A stretch of DNA of 64,000 nucleotides from Rhodospirillales bacterium (GCA_046756945.1 JBHHXI010000001.1:3946-67945), one strand, 5' to 3'; shown: positions 51,217 through 64,000, counted from the first letter of the stretch. Translations and numbers: made by a program. The notes: generated from the letters alone by a model not told the origin.

Positions 51217-52284
51217 ATGAGCGCTCTTCGCGAAACACACACCGGCCTCTCCGGTCGAGCCCTGCGGCGGTGCCTCGCCGTCGTTCTGCTGGCCGCCGCC
51301 GGGTGGGCGGCCGCGCCGCCATCGGTGGCCCTGGCGGAAAATTCCGCCGTCGTGCTCATGTACCACCGTTTCGGGGAGGGGAAGTATCCTTCCACCAACA
51401 TCACCATCGCCCAGTTCGAGGCCCACATCAGGGAACTCAAGAGCGGCAAATATACGGTGCTGCCCGTGCCCGAGATCCTCGAGGCGCTGCGCCGCGGCAC
51501 GCCCCTGCCCGAGCGCACCGTGGGCCTCACCATCGACGATGCCTACCTGTCCGTCTACACCCGGGCCTGGCCGCGCCTGAAAGCGGCCGGCTTCCCGTTT
51601 ACCCTGTTCGTGGCCACCGATCCCCTTGACCGCAAGCAACCCGATTTCATGACCTGGGACAACCTCCGCGAAATGGCCGGGGCCGGCGTCACCATCGGCC
51701 GTCACACCGCCTCTCACCTGCACATGCCGACGGCGAGCGGCGAACGCAACAGCCGCGACATGGCGCGCGCCGACGCGCGCTTCCGGGCAAATCTGGGGAT
51801 GCGGCCCAAGCTGTTCGCCTACCCGTACGGCGAGGCCAGCCTCGCGATCCAGAAACTGGTCCGCGGAGCCGGTCTCACCGCCGCCTTCGGACAGCACTCG
51901 GGCGCCGTCGGCGGCGCCGACAACTTCTTTTACCTGCCGCGGTTCGCCATGAACGAGAAGTACGGCGACCTTTCCCGCTTCCGCCTGGTCGCCAACACCC
52001 TGGCCCTGCCCGTCACCGACATGGTGCCCGCCGATCCGTTGATCACCGGCCCCAACCCGCCCGCCATCGGCTTCACCGTGATCGGCAACGTCACGGGCCT
52101 GCAACGGCTGACCTGCTTCGCCTCCCACGAAGGCCGGGCGAAGATCGAGCGGCTGGGGACAACCCGGATCGAAGTGCGGGTGGGAAAGCCCTTTCCCAAG
52201 GGACGCACGCGCCTCAACTGCACCATGCCGGCCAAGGACGGCCGCTGGCGCTGGCTCGGCCGCCTGTACTACGTGCCCCGATAA
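51217..52284 (+). CDS. polysaccharide deacetylase (NodB-domain) family protein, exported
   Basis: Track ORF 51130..52284 trimmed to ATG 51217. Signal peptide, then VVLMYHRF and LTIDDAY. Confidence 0.85.
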   Translation: MSALRETHTGLSGRALRRCLAVVLLAAAGWAAAPPSVALAENSAVVLMYHRFGEGKYPSTNITIAQFEAHIRELKSGKYTVLPVPEILEALRRGTPLPERTVGLTIDDAYLSVYTRAWPRLKAAGFPFTLFVATDPLDRKQPDFMTWDNLREMAGAGVTIGRHTASHLHMPTASGERNSRDMARADARFRANLGMRPKLFAYPYGEASLAIQKLVRGAGLTAAFGQHSGAVGGADNFFYLPRFAMNEKYGDLSRFRLVANTLALPVTDMVPADPLITGPNPPAIGFTVIGNVTGLQRLTCFASHEGRAKIERLGTTRIEVRVGKPFPKGRTRLNCTMPAKDGRWRWLGRLYYVPR

Positions 52285-52328
52285 CCGGGCACGGCCGATT
52301 TTCCTGAACGGAATTCCCTGAAAGGCGG

Positions 52329-53318
52329 CTAGATCGAGGGTTCGGCTGCCGCGCCGGACTCGCTGAGACGGGCGTCGTCCAACCGGCGCAGGCCGTTGGC
52401 CTCGATGATCGTGCGAATGGTCCTTACGTAGTCCTCGCCGCGCTGGGAGTACGCCTTCAGTTCGCCGGCCAGGGCCGTGCCGTCGACGGGGGCGCCGGCG
52501 CGCCGCATCAGCGCCCGGGCGCGGCGGAATTTCCGGTAGGCGCGATGCCGGTTGAGATTGCGAACGTAGCTCCTGACCGAATCGAGCAGGCTGTCGTAGG
52601 CCTTGATCTTGTGGGTCTTGCCCTGGTCGCGCTTGCTCGGCGTCAGGCCGCCGTCCCGCGCCGTGGTCCACATGCCGAACAGGGCGTTGCCCTCGTGGCC
52701 GAAGCGGGACGTGCCCCAGCCGCTCTCCTCCGCCGATTGGGCCAGGGCCAGGGACGGCGGGACGATATCGACCCGGTTCAACAGCGCGTCTACGTCGCCC
52801 CGCTTGACGCGGTAGCGCTCGGCCATGACGGCGAGCCACAGCCGGTCGGTGGCGTTCAGGCGCTCACCAAGCCGCAGGTGATGGCGCAGTCGCCAAAGCC
52901 GCTGGCGGTCGGCGAGGACCTCCTCGTTGGCCTGCAGGATCAGGGGAAGAATGGTTTGAAAAAATATGGCCTTGCGCGCCGTCGCGTCGCGGACGTCGGC
53001 CAGATCGGAGGGCAGGCCGGCAAGGAAAAGGCGCGGAACGCGGCCATCGCCGGAAAGGACCGCCTGCAGATCGTAGCCCATGCGCTGGAAGGAATCGGAA
53101 AGCTTCCGCACGGTGGGCCGGACCGCTATCCCGGCCGCCGGCTGCAACCCCGGCAACTCGGATTTTTCGGGCCGGACCGGCACCGGGACCGAGACGCGCG
53201 AAACCGCACGGGGTGCCGATGTCTCTCCGAGCGGGGGACGGATCATATTGGCCGCGACAAGACCGGCCACCAGGATCCCGACCAGGCCCAACGCCCCATG
53301 TTCGAACTTCATCGCCAT
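52329..53318 (-). CDS. glucosaminidase-domain protein (Bax/FlgJ-like muramidase)
   Basis: Track ORF 52329..53372 trimmed to ATG 53318 (MAMKFEHGALGLVGILVAGLVAA). Contains AQSAEESGWGTSRF. Confidence 0.82.
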   Translation of the reverse strand: MAMKFEHGALGLVGILVAGLVAANMIRPPLGETSAPRAVSRVSVPVPVRPEKSELPGLQPAAGIAVRPTVRKLSDSFQRMGYDLQAVLSGDGRVPRLFLAGLPSDLADVRDATARKAIFFQTILPLILQANEEVLADRQRLWRLRHHLRLGERLNATDRLWLAVMAERYRVKRGDVDALLNRVDIVPPSLALAQSAEESGWGTSRFGHEGNALFGMWTTARDGGLTPSKRDQGKTHKIKAYDSLLDSVRSYVRNLNRHRAYRKFRRARALMRRAGAPVDGTALAGELKAYSQRGEDYVRTIRTIIEANGLRRLDDARLSESGAAAEPSI

Positions 53319-53438
53319 ATACAGCCGCCTGTTCCGGTTAACAAAAAAGGCCCCCAATTCCGCCGGAAACAAACGCCTTTCAGCCCTTGTTCACGGGTTC
53401 ATCATGCGGAAAAGGGGGTCCGAAATTGAGGACGTATT

Positions 53439-53453
53439 TTAATAAAATTTTAA
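53439..53453. promoter_or_regulatory. CtrA-box-like motif, TTAA-N7-TTAA
   Basis: TTAATAAAATTTTAA read directly from the sequence, about 121-135 nt upstream of the glucosaminidase gene start in an AT-rich patch. Confidence 0.3.
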
Positions 53454-53577
53454 CTAAATTGCCAGGGGTTTTTTCACCCGCCCGGGGGGCGGCGCGACCC
53501 CCGGCGGCCGGGCCGCGGACCCCGGCGGCCCGGACTTTCGTTACGGAAAAGAAACGAAAATGCCCGCCGACGCGCCT

Positions 53578-54576
53578 TCAGGCGGGCAGGAAGCCGACGA
53601 TGGCCTGGACCTCCTTGAGGATCGGCTCGGCCAGGGCGCGGGCCCGCTGGCTGCCGTCGCGCAAAACCCCGTCGACGTAGGCCTCGTCGCCCATCAGGCG
53701 CCGCATTTCGTCCTGAATGGGCGCCAGCACGGACACCGCCAGATCGGCCAGGTCCTGCTTGAAGGCGGAGAACTGTCCGCCGCCGACCCGGGCGCAGGCG
53801 TCCTCGATGGAGATGTCCGACAGCGCCGCGTAGATGCCCATCAGGTTGGCCGCCTCGGGGCGGCCGTCGAACCCGGCCGGGGTTTCCGGCAGGGGATGGG
53901 GATCGGTCTTGGCCTTGCGGAATTTCCTGGCGATGTCGTCGGCGCCGTCGGTCATCTCGATGCGGGAATACGCCGAAGCGTCCGATTTGCTCATTTTCCT
54001 GGTTCCGTCGCGGAGCGACATGACGCGGGTGCCGGAGCCGAATATCAACGGCTCCACCGGCGGAAAGAAATCGACGCCGAAATCGGTGTTGAACTTCTGG
54101 GCGATGTCGCGGGTGAGTTCCAGGTGCTGCTTCTGGTCCTCGCCGACGGGCACATGGGTCGCCTTGTACAGCAGGATGTCGGCGGCCATGAGGTTGGGGT
54201 ACGCGAACAGGCCGACGGAGGCGTTTTCCCGGTGCTTGCCCGCCTTTTCCTTGAACTGGGTCATGCGGTTGAGCCAGCCGAGGCGGGCCACGCAGTTGAA
54301 GATCCAGGCCAGCTCCGCGTGCGCCGGCACCTGGCTCTGGACGAAGATGATGTTGCGCTCGGGCGCGATGCCCGAAGCCATCATGGCGGCCGCCACCTCG
54401 CGCGTGTTGGCGACCAGCTCCCCGGGCTCCTGCCAGGCCGTGATCGCATGCAGGTCGACGACGCAGAATATGCAGTCGTACTCGTCCTGCAGCCGCACCC
54501 AGTTGCGGATGGCGCCCAGGTAGTTGCCGAGATGCAGGTTTCCGGTGGGCTGCACGCCCGAGAAAATGCGTTTCAT
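53578..54576 (-). CDS. trpS: tryptophan-tRNA ligase
   Basis: Track ORF of 332 aa: [16 protein letters not shown] and KMSKS. Confidence 0.96.
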   Translation of the reverse strand: MKRIFSGVQPTGNLHLGNYLGAIRNWVRLQDEYDCIFCVVDLHAITAWQEPGELVANTREVAAAMMASGIAPERNIIFVQSQVPAHAELAWIFNCVARLGWLNRMTQFKEKAGKHRENASVGLFAYPNLMAADILLYKATHVPVGEDQKQHLELTRDIAQKFNTDFGVDFFPPVEPLIFGSGTRVMSLRDGTRKMSKSDASAYSRIEMTDGADDIARKFRKAKTDPHPLPETPAGFDGRPEAANLMGIYAALSDISIEDACARVGGGQFSAFKQDLADLAVSVLAPIQDEMRRLMGDEAYVDGVLRDGSQRARALAEPILKEVQAIVGFLPA

Positions 54577-54700
54577 GGTCCGGCCTCCCGTGCACCCCCC
54601 GGCGGCCGCGCGGGCGTCGCCGGCAAACCGTTGCCGTGGGGTACACCCCCCGTTCCCCCCGGGGAAAGCGGCGGTGTTATGGCCCGTCGGGCCGTGGCGG

Positions 54701-56254
54701 TCAAGCCGCGTCCTCGCCGCGCATCAGGCTGCGCACGTCTTTAACGGCGGCGGCGCCGGCCACCTGCGCCAACCCGGCGAAGACCACCAGCCCGCCGACG
54801 ACCAGCGCGGCCAGGGCGGTGATCCGCTGCACCGCGTCCCCGGCCAGCGCGCCTTCCAGCCCCCACATGGCGAACGCCAGCAGCGCCGCCATGCCGGCGC
54901 TGGCCAACGCCATCCGCGGCAGCCGGCGTTTCAGCCGGGCATCGATCTCCAGGTGTCCGCGCCGGCGCAGGATCACGGCCAGCAGCCCGGCGTTGAGCCA
55001 CGACGAGATCACCGTCGCCATGGCGATGCCGACGTGCTTGAACGGGCCCATCAACAGAAGGTTCAGCACCAGGTTGGTGACCAGGGCGAGGGCGGCCACC
55101 TTGACCGGCGTTGCCGTGTCCTCGCGGGCGAAGTAGGCGGGCGCCAGCGCCTTGACCAGCACATAGGCGGGCAGGCCGGCGGCGTAGACGGCCAGCGCCG
55201 CCGCCGTCGCCCGCACCTCGGCCGGGCCGAAGGCGCCGCGCTCGAACAGCACGGCGATGACCGGACCGGCCATGACGATCAGCGCGGCCGCCGCCGGCAG
55301 GGTCAGCAGGAAGGCGAACTCGAGCGCCCGGTTCTGGCTGTGCATGGCGGCGCCCGCCTGGCCGCCGCGCAACTGGCGGCTCAGCATGGGCAGCAGCGCC
55401 GTGCCCACGGCGACGCCGACGATGCCCAGGGGCAACTGGTTCACCCGGTCGGCGTAGAACAGGTACGAGATCGACCCCGACGGCAGCAGCGAGGCGATGA
55501 CCGTGTCGATGAGCAGGTTGATCTGGTAAATCCCCGCCCCCACCGCCACCGGCAGGATGCGCCGCGCCAGCAGCCGGACCCTGGGCGTCAGGCGCGGGCG
55601 CGGCAGGCGCAGGGGCATTCCGGCGCGCACGCAGTGCGCCAGCATCCAGACGAACTGCGCCATGCCGGCGACGGCGACGCCCCAGGCCAGCGCATGGCCC
55701 GGCGTCTCCGTCATCGGACTGAGCCAGAGAACGGCGCCGATCAGGCAGACGTTAAGCAGGATCGGCGTCGCCGCCGCCGCCCAGAAACGGCCCAGCGAAT
55801 TCAACACCCCGGCCATCAGGGACACCAGCGAGACGAACAGAAGGTAGGGAAACGTGATGCGCGTGAGCTGCACCGCCAGGTCGAACTTGGCCGGATCGCT
55901 GACGAACCCGGGCGCGAATCCGTACATGAGCACCGGCATGGCCAACTGCACGGCGGCGACGAAGACCAGCAGCGTCCACAGCAGCACGCTCAGCGCCTGC
56001 TCGGCGAAGGCGCGCGCCGCGTCCTTTCCGTCGGTCTCCACCAGTCCGGCGAACAGGGGCACGAAGGCGGCGGCGAAGGCGCCCTCGGCGAACAGGCGGC
56101 GGAACAGGTTGGGAAACTTGAAGGCGACGAAAAACACGTCGGCCACCGGCCCGGCGCCGAGCATGAAGGCGATCAGGATGTCGCGGGCGAACCCGAGGAC
56201 ACGGCTGACCATGGTCAGGCCGCCGACGGTGGCGATGGAGCGCAGAAGGACCAT
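54701..56254 (-). CDS. murJ: lipid II flippase MurJ
   Basis: Track ORF of 517 aa. A polytopic membrane protein beginning [29 protein letters not shown]. Confidence 0.93.
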   Translation of the reverse strand: MVLLRSIATVGGLTMVSRVLGFARDILIAFMLGAGPVADVFFVAFKFPNLFRRLFAEGAFAAAFVPLFAGLVETDGKDAARAFAEQALSVLLWTLLVFVAAVQLAMPVLMYGFAPGFVSDPAKFDLAVQLTRITFPYLLFVSLVSLMAGVLNSLGRFWAAAATPILLNVCLIGAVLWLSPMTETPGHALAWGVAVAGMAQFVWMLAHCVRAGMPLRLPRPRLTPRVRLLARRILPVAVGAGIYQINLLIDTVIASLLPSGSISYLFYADRVNQLPLGIVGVAVGTALLPMLSRQLRGGQAGAAMHSQNRALEFAFLLTLPAAAALIVMAGPVIAVLFERGAFGPAEVRATAAALAVYAAGLPAYVLVKALAPAYFAREDTATPVKVAALALVTNLVLNLLLMGPFKHVGIAMATVISSWLNAGLLAVILRRRGHLEIDARLKRRLPRMALASAGMAALLAFAMWGLEGALAGDAVQRITALAALVVGGLVVFAGLAQVAGAAAVKDVRSLMRGEDAA

Positions 56255-56344
56255 GGGGTTGTCTAACGGTTTTTCACGGCGGCGAAAAGGCGGCGCCGGG
56301 GGGGCGCGACGGGCGGGTGCCCGAAGCGGGCGGCGGGGCGGCGC

Positions 56345-59131
56345 CTATTCCGCCGCCGCCACACCCTCGGCGGGGGCGGTGTCCTTGTCGCCCGCGGGGA
56401 CAATGGCCGCCAGGAGGCGGTTTTCGATGACGCTCAGCTTGTCCTTGCGCTCCACTTTCAGCCCGAACACGTCCTTGACGTAGAACACGTCGACCACGCG
56501 CTCGCCGTAGGTGGAGATGTGGGCGCTGGCGATCTGCAGGCCGAGCCCGGTCAGCGCCGCGGTGACATCGTGGAGGAACCCCGGCCGGTCGCGGCCGTTG
56601 ACCTCGATCACCGTGTGCCGCGCGCTGGCCGCGTTGTCCACCAGCACGCGCGGCGGCACCTTGAAGACGCCGGTGCGGCTGGGCAGGCCGCGGCGCCGCA
56701 CGGTCTCCAGTTCCCGGGCCGGGTGCAGCCGTCCCGACAACGCGTCCTCGATGCGCTTCCACAGCCTTTTCAGGCGTTCCGGATTGTCGAAGGGGCCGCC
56801 GCGGGAGTCCTGGATGGTGAAGGTGTCGAGCGCCATGCCGTTGGCCAGGGTCAGGATCTTGGCATCGACGATGGAGGCGGCGCCAAGGGCCATGGCCCCG
56901 GCGATGCGGGCAAAGAGACCCGGGTGATCGGGGGTGTAGATGATGATTTCCGTGACCGCGCGGGACGCATCGACGTGGGTTTCGATATGCAGCTCCAGGC
57001 CGCCGCGTTCCGCCTTGCGCACCAGGTCGGCGTGGCGGACATGGGTATCGGTGTCGAAGCTCAACCAGTAATCCGCGTAGCCGCGCCCGATGTGTTCCTC
57101 CATTTCCGCAGGGTCCCAGCCGGCAAGCCGGTCGCGCAGGGCCGCCTTGGCGTTTTCGACGCGGGCGGCGCGGCGCTCGGCGGGGACGTCGCCGGCCATC
57201 TCTTCGTGGGCGCGCCAGTAGAGTTCCCTGAGCAGCGTCGCCTTCCAGCCGTTCCACACGCCGGGCCCGACGGCGCGGATGTCGGCCACGGTCAGGATCA
57301 ACAGCAGGCGCAGGCGTTCCGGGGACTGCACCGCGGCGACGAAGTCGCTGACCGTTTTCAGGTTGTCGATATCGCGCTTGAACGCCGTCGCGCTCATCAG
57401 CAGATGGTGGCGCACCAGCCACGAGACCGTTTCCGTTTCCCACTCATTGAGGCCAAGGCGCGGGCCAAGCTTTTCGGCGATGCCGGCGCCGATCTCGGAA
57501 TGGTCGCCGCCCCGGCCCTTGGCGATGTCGTGGAGCAGCAGCGCCAGATAAAGCACCTGGCGCGACTGCACCTCGGCGATCACCGCCGTGGATACCGGGT
57601 GGTCGTCTTTCAGCTCGCCCTTTTCGATGCGGTGGAGGACGCCGATGGCGCGGATGGTGTGCTCGTCCACCGTATAGACATGGTACATGTCGTACTGCAT
57701 CTGGGCGACGACGCGCCCGAAATCGGGGATGAAACGCCCGAAGACGCCGGCCTCGTTCAGGCGCTTGAGGGCCGTTTCGGGGTCTTCGCGCGAGGTCAGG
57801 ATCTCCATGAACAGGCGGTTGGCTTCGGCATCGGCCCTGAGCCCCCTGTCGATCAGTTTCAGGTTCTGGGTGACCAGGCGCAGGGCGTCGGGATGGATAT
57901 CGAGCCCGTGACGCTGGGCCTCGTGGAACAGGCGAAGCAGCTTGACCGGGTCCTTGACGAAGGCGTCGTCGGCCTCGACCGTCAGGCGGTTGCCGTCGAC
58001 GCGGAACCCGTCGACGCCGCGCCGGCGAAACGACAGCGAGGGGAAGCGGAACCGTTGCCGGCGCTTCTTGTGACGCTCCTCCAGGACCGCGCACAGGACG
58101 CGGGTCAGGTCGCCGACGTCCTTGGCGATCAGGAAGTAGTGCTTCATGACCCGCTCGACCCCGCGGGTGCCGGCATGGTCGGTGTAGCCCAGGCGCTCGC
58201 CGATGGCGCCCTGGACGTTGAAGGTGAGGCGCTCTTCGGCGCGCCCGGCCAGGTAATGGAGGTGGCAGCGCACCGTCCACAGGAATTTCTCGGCCTTGGC
58301 GAAACGCCGGGCGTCGCGGGCGGTGAACACGCCAAGCTTCACCAGTTCCTTCATGTCGTCGACGCGGTAGAGGTACTTGGCGATCCAGAACAGGGTCTGC
58401 AGGTCGCGCAGGCCCCCCTTGCCCTCCTTGATGTTGGGCTCCAGCACATAGCGGGTGTCGCCCATGCGCTCGTGCCGGGCGTCGCGCTCGGCCAGCTTGG
58501 CGTCGACGAAGTCGGCGCCGCTGCCCTTGACGATGTCCTTGGCGAAACGGGCCTTGAACGCGTTGAACTGCTCCTTGTCCCCCCATACCCACCGCGCCTC
58601 GAGCAGGCTGGTGCGGATGGTCAGGTCGCCGCGCGCCAGGCGGATGGCGTCTTCCACGGTACGGGTGGCGTGGCCCACCGTCAGCCCCAGGTCCCAGAGC
58701 ATATAGAGCATGTACTCGACCATCTGCTCGGTGTGGGGGGTGCGCTTGTAGGGCAGCACGAACATCAGGTCGATGTCGGAATGGGGCGCCAGCTCGCCGC
58801 GGCCGTAGCCGCCCGTGGCGACCACCGAGAGCTGGTCGCCGGGCATCGGGTTGGCCGCCGGATAGACGTACTTGAGGGCGAAATCGTGGATCGTGCGCAC
58901 CAGCTGGTCGATGAGGTAGGCGTTGGCGTGCAGGACGTCCGCGCCCGGCGCGCCCTCGTCTTCGAAGCGGCGGCGAATCTCGGCCCGGCCCTTGCCCAGG
59001 GCGTCCTTGAAGATCTCCAGGACCCGGGCCTGGGTCTTCGCCGAGTAGCCGGACCACCCGACCAGATCGTCGAGGGCGGCGACCAGGGTTCCGCGGTCGA
59101 TGATGGCGCGCCGTTTGCTGATGTGGACCAT
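56345..59131 (-). CDS. glnD: [protein-PII] uridylyltransferase / uridylyl-removing enzyme
   Basis: Track ORF 56345..59215, which starts with TTG. ATG at 59131 (MVHISKRRAIIDRGTL) is preferred. Nucleotidyltransferase, HD and two ACT regions. Confidence 0.93.
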   Translation of the reverse strand: MVHISKRRAIIDRGTLVAALDDLVGWSGYSAKTQARVLEIFKDALGKGRAEIRRRFEDEGAPGADVLHANAYLIDQLVRTIHDFALKYVYPAANPMPGDQLSVVATGGYGRGELAPHSDIDLMFVLPYKRTPHTEQMVEYMLYMLWDLGLTVGHATRTVEDAIRLARGDLTIRTSLLEARWVWGDKEQFNAFKARFAKDIVKGSGADFVDAKLAERDARHERMGDTRYVLEPNIKEGKGGLRDLQTLFWIAKYLYRVDDMKELVKLGVFTARDARRFAKAEKFLWTVRCHLHYLAGRAEERLTFNVQGAIGERLGYTDHAGTRGVERVMKHYFLIAKDVGDLTRVLCAVLEERHKKRRQRFRFPSLSFRRRGVDGFRVDGNRLTVEADDAFVKDPVKLLRLFHEAQRHGLDIHPDALRLVTQNLKLIDRGLRADAEANRLFMEILTSREDPETALKRLNEAGVFGRFIPDFGRVVAQMQYDMYHVYTVDEHTIRAIGVLHRIEKGELKDDHPVSTAVIAEVQSRQVLYLALLLHDIAKGRGGDHSEIGAGIAEKLGPRLGLNEWETETVSWLVRHHLLMSATAFKRDIDNLKTVSDFVAAVQSPERLRLLLILTVADIRAVGPGVWNGWKATLLRELYWRAHEEMAGDVPAERRAARVENAKAALRDRLAGWDPAEMEEHIGRGYADYWLSFDTDTHVRHADLVRKAERGGLELHIETHVDASRAVTEIIIYTPDHPGLFARIAGAMALGAASIVDAKILTLANGMALDTFTIQDSRGGPFDNPERLKRLWKRIEDALSGRLHPARELETVRRRGLPSRTGVFKVPPRVLVDNAASARHTVIEVNGRDRPGFLHDVTAALTGLGLQIASAHISTYGERVVDVFYVKDVFGLKVERKDKLSVIENRLLAAIVPAGDKDTAPAEGVAAAE

Positions 59132-59238
59132 GGCTGTTTCGAAAATTTCCCCTGCACGTATTATAGGGAAGGGGCTGGCCCCGTACCTCTTCTTTCTCGG
59201 GGCGCGTGCCACCAACCGGGCCCGGGCGGGAGGAAGGG

Positions 59239-59739
59239 ATGGCGCCCCGCTTTCTGCTGATCGTCGACGTCCAGAAAGGGTTCATAAACGAGTGGACCCG
59301 GCACATCCCGGCAAAGGTGGAACGCCTGCAGGGCGACTTCGAGCGCCTGTGGATCACCCGGTTCTTCAACCCGGAAGGGTCGCTGCACCGCCGGCTCATG
59401 GGCTGGGGCCGGTTCGCGCCGGGCTCGGACGACACCCGGCTGGCGTTCACGCCCCGGGCCGGCGCAACCGTCATCGACAAGTCCACCTACACCTGCGTCA
59501 CCGGGGACCTGCTTCAGGCGCTGGAAGGCGACGGCATCGCCACCGTGCACCTCGCCGGCATCGCCACCGACAACTGCGTCCTCAAGAGCGCCGTCGATCT
59601 GTTCGAGGCCGGCATAGAGCCCGTCGTGCTCGCCGGCCACTGCGCCAGCCACGGCGGACCCGACTGCCATGAGGCCGGCCTGAAGCTGTTACGCCGGTTC
59701 ATCGGCGAAGGGCAGGTGGTGGAGTATTCCGGTCCGTGA
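59239..59739 (+). CDS. isochorismatase-family cysteine hydrolase
   Basis: Track ORF 59206..59739 trimmed to ATG 59239, which is preceded by GGAGGAAGGG. Contains LLIVDVQKGF and GIATDNCVLKSA. Confidence 0.85.
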   Translation: MAPRFLLIVDVQKGFINEWTRHIPAKVERLQGDFERLWITRFFNPEGSLHRRLMGWGRFAPGSDDTRLAFTPRAGATVIDKSTYTCVTGDLLQALEGDGIATVHLAGIATDNCVLKSAVDLFEAGIEPVVLAGHCASHGGPDCHEAGLKLLRRFIGEGQVVEYSGP

Positions 59740-59770
59740 CATCGGGCCGGTGTCGACCGGGCCCCCCGCC

Positions 59771-62527
59771 CTATTGGTCTCCGATGCGCTTCAGCCGGTA
59801 GAGCATCTCCAGCGCCTCGCGCGGGCTGAGCTCGTCGGGACGGATTTCGGTTAGCGCCTCTTCGAGGGGCGAAGGACCGCCCGTGCCGGCGCTGTCCGTC
59901 TGCCCGTCGGCGGCCGCGGCAAACAGGGGCAGGTCGTCCGCCAGGCGCGTCACGCCCGCGGAATGCTCGCTTTTTTCCAGGGTTTCCAAAACCTGCTCCG
60001 CCCGCGCCACGACGTTGCCGGGCAGGCCGGCCAACTGGCCGACGTGGATGCCGTAGGAGCGGTCGGCGGCGCCCGGCGCCACTTCGTGCAGGAACACCAC
60101 GTCGCCCTGCCATTCCTTGACCCGCATGGTGTGGCACGCCAGCGCCGGCAGCTTCGCCGACAACGCCGTCAGTTCATGGAAATGGGTGGCGAAGAGCGCC
60201 CGGCACCGGTTCACGTCGTGCAGGTGCTCGACCACCGCCCAGGCGATGGACAGGCCGTCGAAGGTGGCGGTGCCGCGCCCGATCTCGTCCAGGATGACCA
60301 GGGCGCCCGGCCCCGCCTGGTTGAGGATGGCGGCGGTTTCCACCATCTCCACCATGAAGGTCGAGCGCCCGCGCGCCAGGTCGTCGGCGGCGCCGACCCG
60401 GGAAAACAATCGATCGACGACGCCGACGCGGGCCGCCGACGCGGGCACGTAGGCACCCGTCTGGGCGAGCACGGCGATCAGCGCCGCCTGGCGCAAAAAG
60501 GTGCTTTTGCCCGCCATGTTGGGCCCCGTCAGCAGCCACAGCCGCCCGTCGTCCGTGAGGCGGCAATCGTTGGCGACGAAGGCGCCTTCCTGGGTTTCCT
60601 CCAGCGCCGCCTCCACCACCGGGTGGCGGCCGGCCTTGATGTCGAAGTCGCGGCTTTTGTCCACCACCGGCCGGCAGTAGCGCCTGTCGGCGGCCAACTG
60701 GGCGAGGGCGGACGCCACGTCCAGGGCGGCCAGGGCGGACGCCGCCGCCGCCACCGTGTCGGCGCGCCGGGAGACCTCGCCCACCAGGTCCTCGAACAGC
60801 TTGAGTTCCAGGGCCAGGGCCTGATCGCCGGCGCGTGCGATGCGTCCCTCCAGCTCGCCCAGCTCCACGGTGGTGTAGCGCACCGCGTTGGCCATGGTCT
60901 GGCGGTGGATGAACGGATCGTCTACGCCCGCCGGCACCTTGTCGGCCTGTTTCGCCGGCACCTCGATGAAGTAGCCGAGCACGTTGTTGTGGCGAATCCT
61001 GAGGGTGGCGATCCGGGTTTCCCCGGCGTAGCGGTTTTGCAGATTGGTGATCAGGCGCCGGCTTTCGTCGCGCAGGGCGCGCAGTTCGTCGAGCTCGGCA
61101 ACATAGCCCCTGGCGATGAATCCGCCGTCCCGGGCGGCCACCGGCAACTCGGCGCCGAGGGCGCGCGCCAGGCGGTCGACGATCTCCCCATGGTGGCCCA
61201 GATCCGTGATGCAGGCGCCGATGCCGGACGGGGCGCCGGCCAGGCCGCCGGTATCGAGGGCCTCGCGCATGTCGGCGGTGAGCGCCAGGCCGTCGCGCAC
61301 GGCGGCCAGGTCCCGGGGACCGCCGCGCCCGAGCGTCAGCCGCGAGAGCGCCCGTTCCATGTCCGGGCAGCGCTTCAGCAGCCGGCGCACGGACGCGCGC
61401 ACCGGCTCGCCCTCGACGAAGAACTGCACCATGTCCAGCCGGCCGTCGATGGCGGCCGGATCGGTCAGCGGCGCGCCCAGGCGGGCCGCCAGGAGCCGGG
61501 CGCCGGCGCCGGTCACGGTCCTGTCGATGACGCCGAGCAGGCTTCCCCGGCGTCCGCCGGCAAGCGATTCGGTGAGCTCCAGGTTGCGCCGCGTCGCGGC
61601 GTCGATCTCCATCACCGCGTCCCCGGCCAGGCGCCGGGGCGGGGCGATGCGCGGCAGGCGCCCCTTCTGGGTCAGTTCCACGTAATCGACCAGCGCCCCG
61701 CCGGCCGCCACCTCGGCCCGCGAAAAGCCGCCGAAGGCATCCAGCGTCTTCACTCCGTACAGGGTCTCCAGGCGTTTACGCCCGTTTTCGCTGTCCAGGC
61801 GGCTGGCCGGCAGCGGGGTGAGGCCGTCCTTCCATTCGGCGAGAATCTCGAACAGGCTCGGCTTCTGGATGAGGGTTTCGGAGACCAGGAGCTCGCCCGG
61901 TTCCAGGCGCGCCAGGGCCGCGCCGAGGCCCGCCGCGGCCACCGGCTGGGTGTGGAAGGATCCGGTGGAGACGTCGATCCAGGCCAGTCCCAGGGCGCCC
62001 TGGACCTCGGCGCAGGCGACAAGGTGGTTGTGGCGGCGCGCATCGAGAAGCGCGTCCTCGGTGAGGGTTCCCCGGGTGACCACCCGGGTGACCTGGCGCC
62101 GCACCACCGCCTTGTTGCCGCGCTTTTTCGCCGCCGCCGGGTCTTCGACCTGTTCGCACACCGCCACCTTGAACCCCCGGCGGATGAGGCGGACCAGATA
62201 CGCCTGGTGGCTGTGCACGGGAACCCCGCACATGGGAATGTCGGCGCCCAGGTGCTTGCCCCGTTTGGTCAGCGTGATGTCGAGGGCGCGGGACGCCGCC
62301 ACCGCGTCGTCGAAAAACAGCTCGTAGAAATCCCCCATGCGGTAGAACAGCAGGCAATCGGGATGGGTGCGCTTGATGGCCAGATACTGGACCATCATCG
62401 GCGTCGCGCCGGCGTCGCCTGTGCGCGCCGGCGGAGCGGGAACGGTTTCGGAACTCTTCTCAGGGCTGCCCTTGTGCACGGCGGATACGGCGCTCGGGTT
62501 GTGTCGCCACGCGGCGGACCATACCAT
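59771..62527 (-). CDS. mutS: DNA mismatch repair protein MutS
   Basis: Track ORF 59771..63379 trimmed. MutS homology starts at [33 protein letters not shown] 62527 or GTG 62479 are candidate starts. Walker [14 protein letters not shown]. Confidence 0.93.
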   Translation of the reverse strand: MVWSAAWRHNPSAVSAVHKGSPEKSSETVPAPPARTGDAGATPMMVQYLAIKRTHPDCLLFYRMGDFYELFFDDAVAASRALDITLTKRGKHLGADIPMCGVPVHSHQAYLVRLIRRGFKVAVCEQVEDPAAAKKRGNKAVVRRQVTRVVTRGTLTEDALLDARRHNHLVACAEVQGALGLAWIDVSTGSFHTQPVAAAGLGAALARLEPGELLVSETLIQKPSLFEILAEWKDGLTPLPASRLDSENGRKRLETLYGVKTLDAFGGFSRAEVAAGGALVDYVELTQKGRLPRIAPPRRLAGDAVMEIDAATRRNLELTESLAGGRRGSLLGVIDRTVTGAGARLLAARLGAPLTDPAAIDGRLDMVQFFVEGEPVRASVRRLLKRCPDMERALSRLTLGRGGPRDLAAVRDGLALTADMREALDTGGLAGAPSGIGACITDLGHHGEIVDRLARALGAELPVAARDGGFIARGYVAELDELRALRDESRRLITNLQNRYAGETRIATLRIRHNNVLGYFIEVPAKQADKVPAGVDDPFIHRQTMANAVRYTTVELGELEGRIARAGDQALALELKLFEDLVGEVSRRADTVAAAASALAALDVASALAQLAADRRYCRPVVDKSRDFDIKAGRHPVVEAALEETQEGAFVANDCRLTDDGRLWLLTGPNMAGKSTFLRQAALIAVLAQTGAYVPASAARVGVVDRLFSRVGAADDLARGRSTFMVEMVETAAILNQAGPGALVILDEIGRGTATFDGLSIAWAVVEHLHDVNRCRALFATHFHELTALSAKLPALACHTMRVKEWQGDVVFLHEVAPGAADRSYGIHVGQLAGLPGNVVARAEQVLETLEKSEHSAGVTRLADDLPLFAAAADGQTDSAGTGGPSPLEEALTEIRPDELSPREALEMLYRLKRIGDQ

Positions 62528-62647
62528 ACCCCTTGCGCTACGGGCTATGAATCGCGCCCGCCCTTGGGCACAATGGCGGCAAGAACCAACGCGACAGCGC
62601 AGAATCGCGATCCAAACGGAACCACTCGTTTGCGGGGACAGAACACC

Positions 62648-64000
<1,353 letters not shown>

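Overview
The window is a GC-rich, gene-dense stretch of core chromosome from an alphaproteobacterium. Gene content and synteny look Rhodospirillales-like, but that is inference only.

It carries the replication cluster rpsT / dnaA-dnaN-recF-gyrB. It also carries several housekeeping operons:
- fabA-fabB-fabI-irr
- rimP-nusA-ylxR-infB-rbfA-truB-rpsO-pnp
- metK-trmB
- miaB-phoH-ybeY-corC-lnt
- coaBC-dut
- trpS / murJ / glnD / mutS / maeB

I found no tRNA or rRNA genes, CRISPR array, IS element, integrase, prophage or recognisable defence island. I also found no convincing new multi-gene system. Most of the long track ORFs are antisense or out-of-frame artefacts of the high GC content. About 57 CDS are supportable.

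Three of those are absent from the ORF track:
- a 5' fragment at 1-119
- a 59-codon ORF at 2142-2321
- a malic-enzyme gene that runs off the end, from 62648

The items most worth a second look are small or regulatory:
1. An orphan promoter, CCUCC loop and terminator unit next to gyrB, which is an sRNA candidate.
2. A hairpin in the metK leader whose loop can pair with the Shine-Dalgarno sequence, giving a riboswitch-like pseudoknot.
3. A promoter plus intrinsic terminator in the rimP-nusA leader.
4. An uncharacterised rubrerythrin / HdrD-like Fe-S / DUF3501 operon, with an Irr ICE-like box and irr next door.
5. A cluster-less Rrf2 regulator followed by a cysK, moeB/thiF-like and DsrE-like gene string, with no ubiquitin-like sulfur carrier in view.
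6. Unusual repeats: a heptanucleotide array, a four-hairpin intergenic array with a second copy 2 kb away, and a 27-bp tandem repeat.

Functional calls come from reading the supplied or hand-made translations against remembered family motifs. No database search was run. Several start codons were re-picked by hand and remain uncertain.
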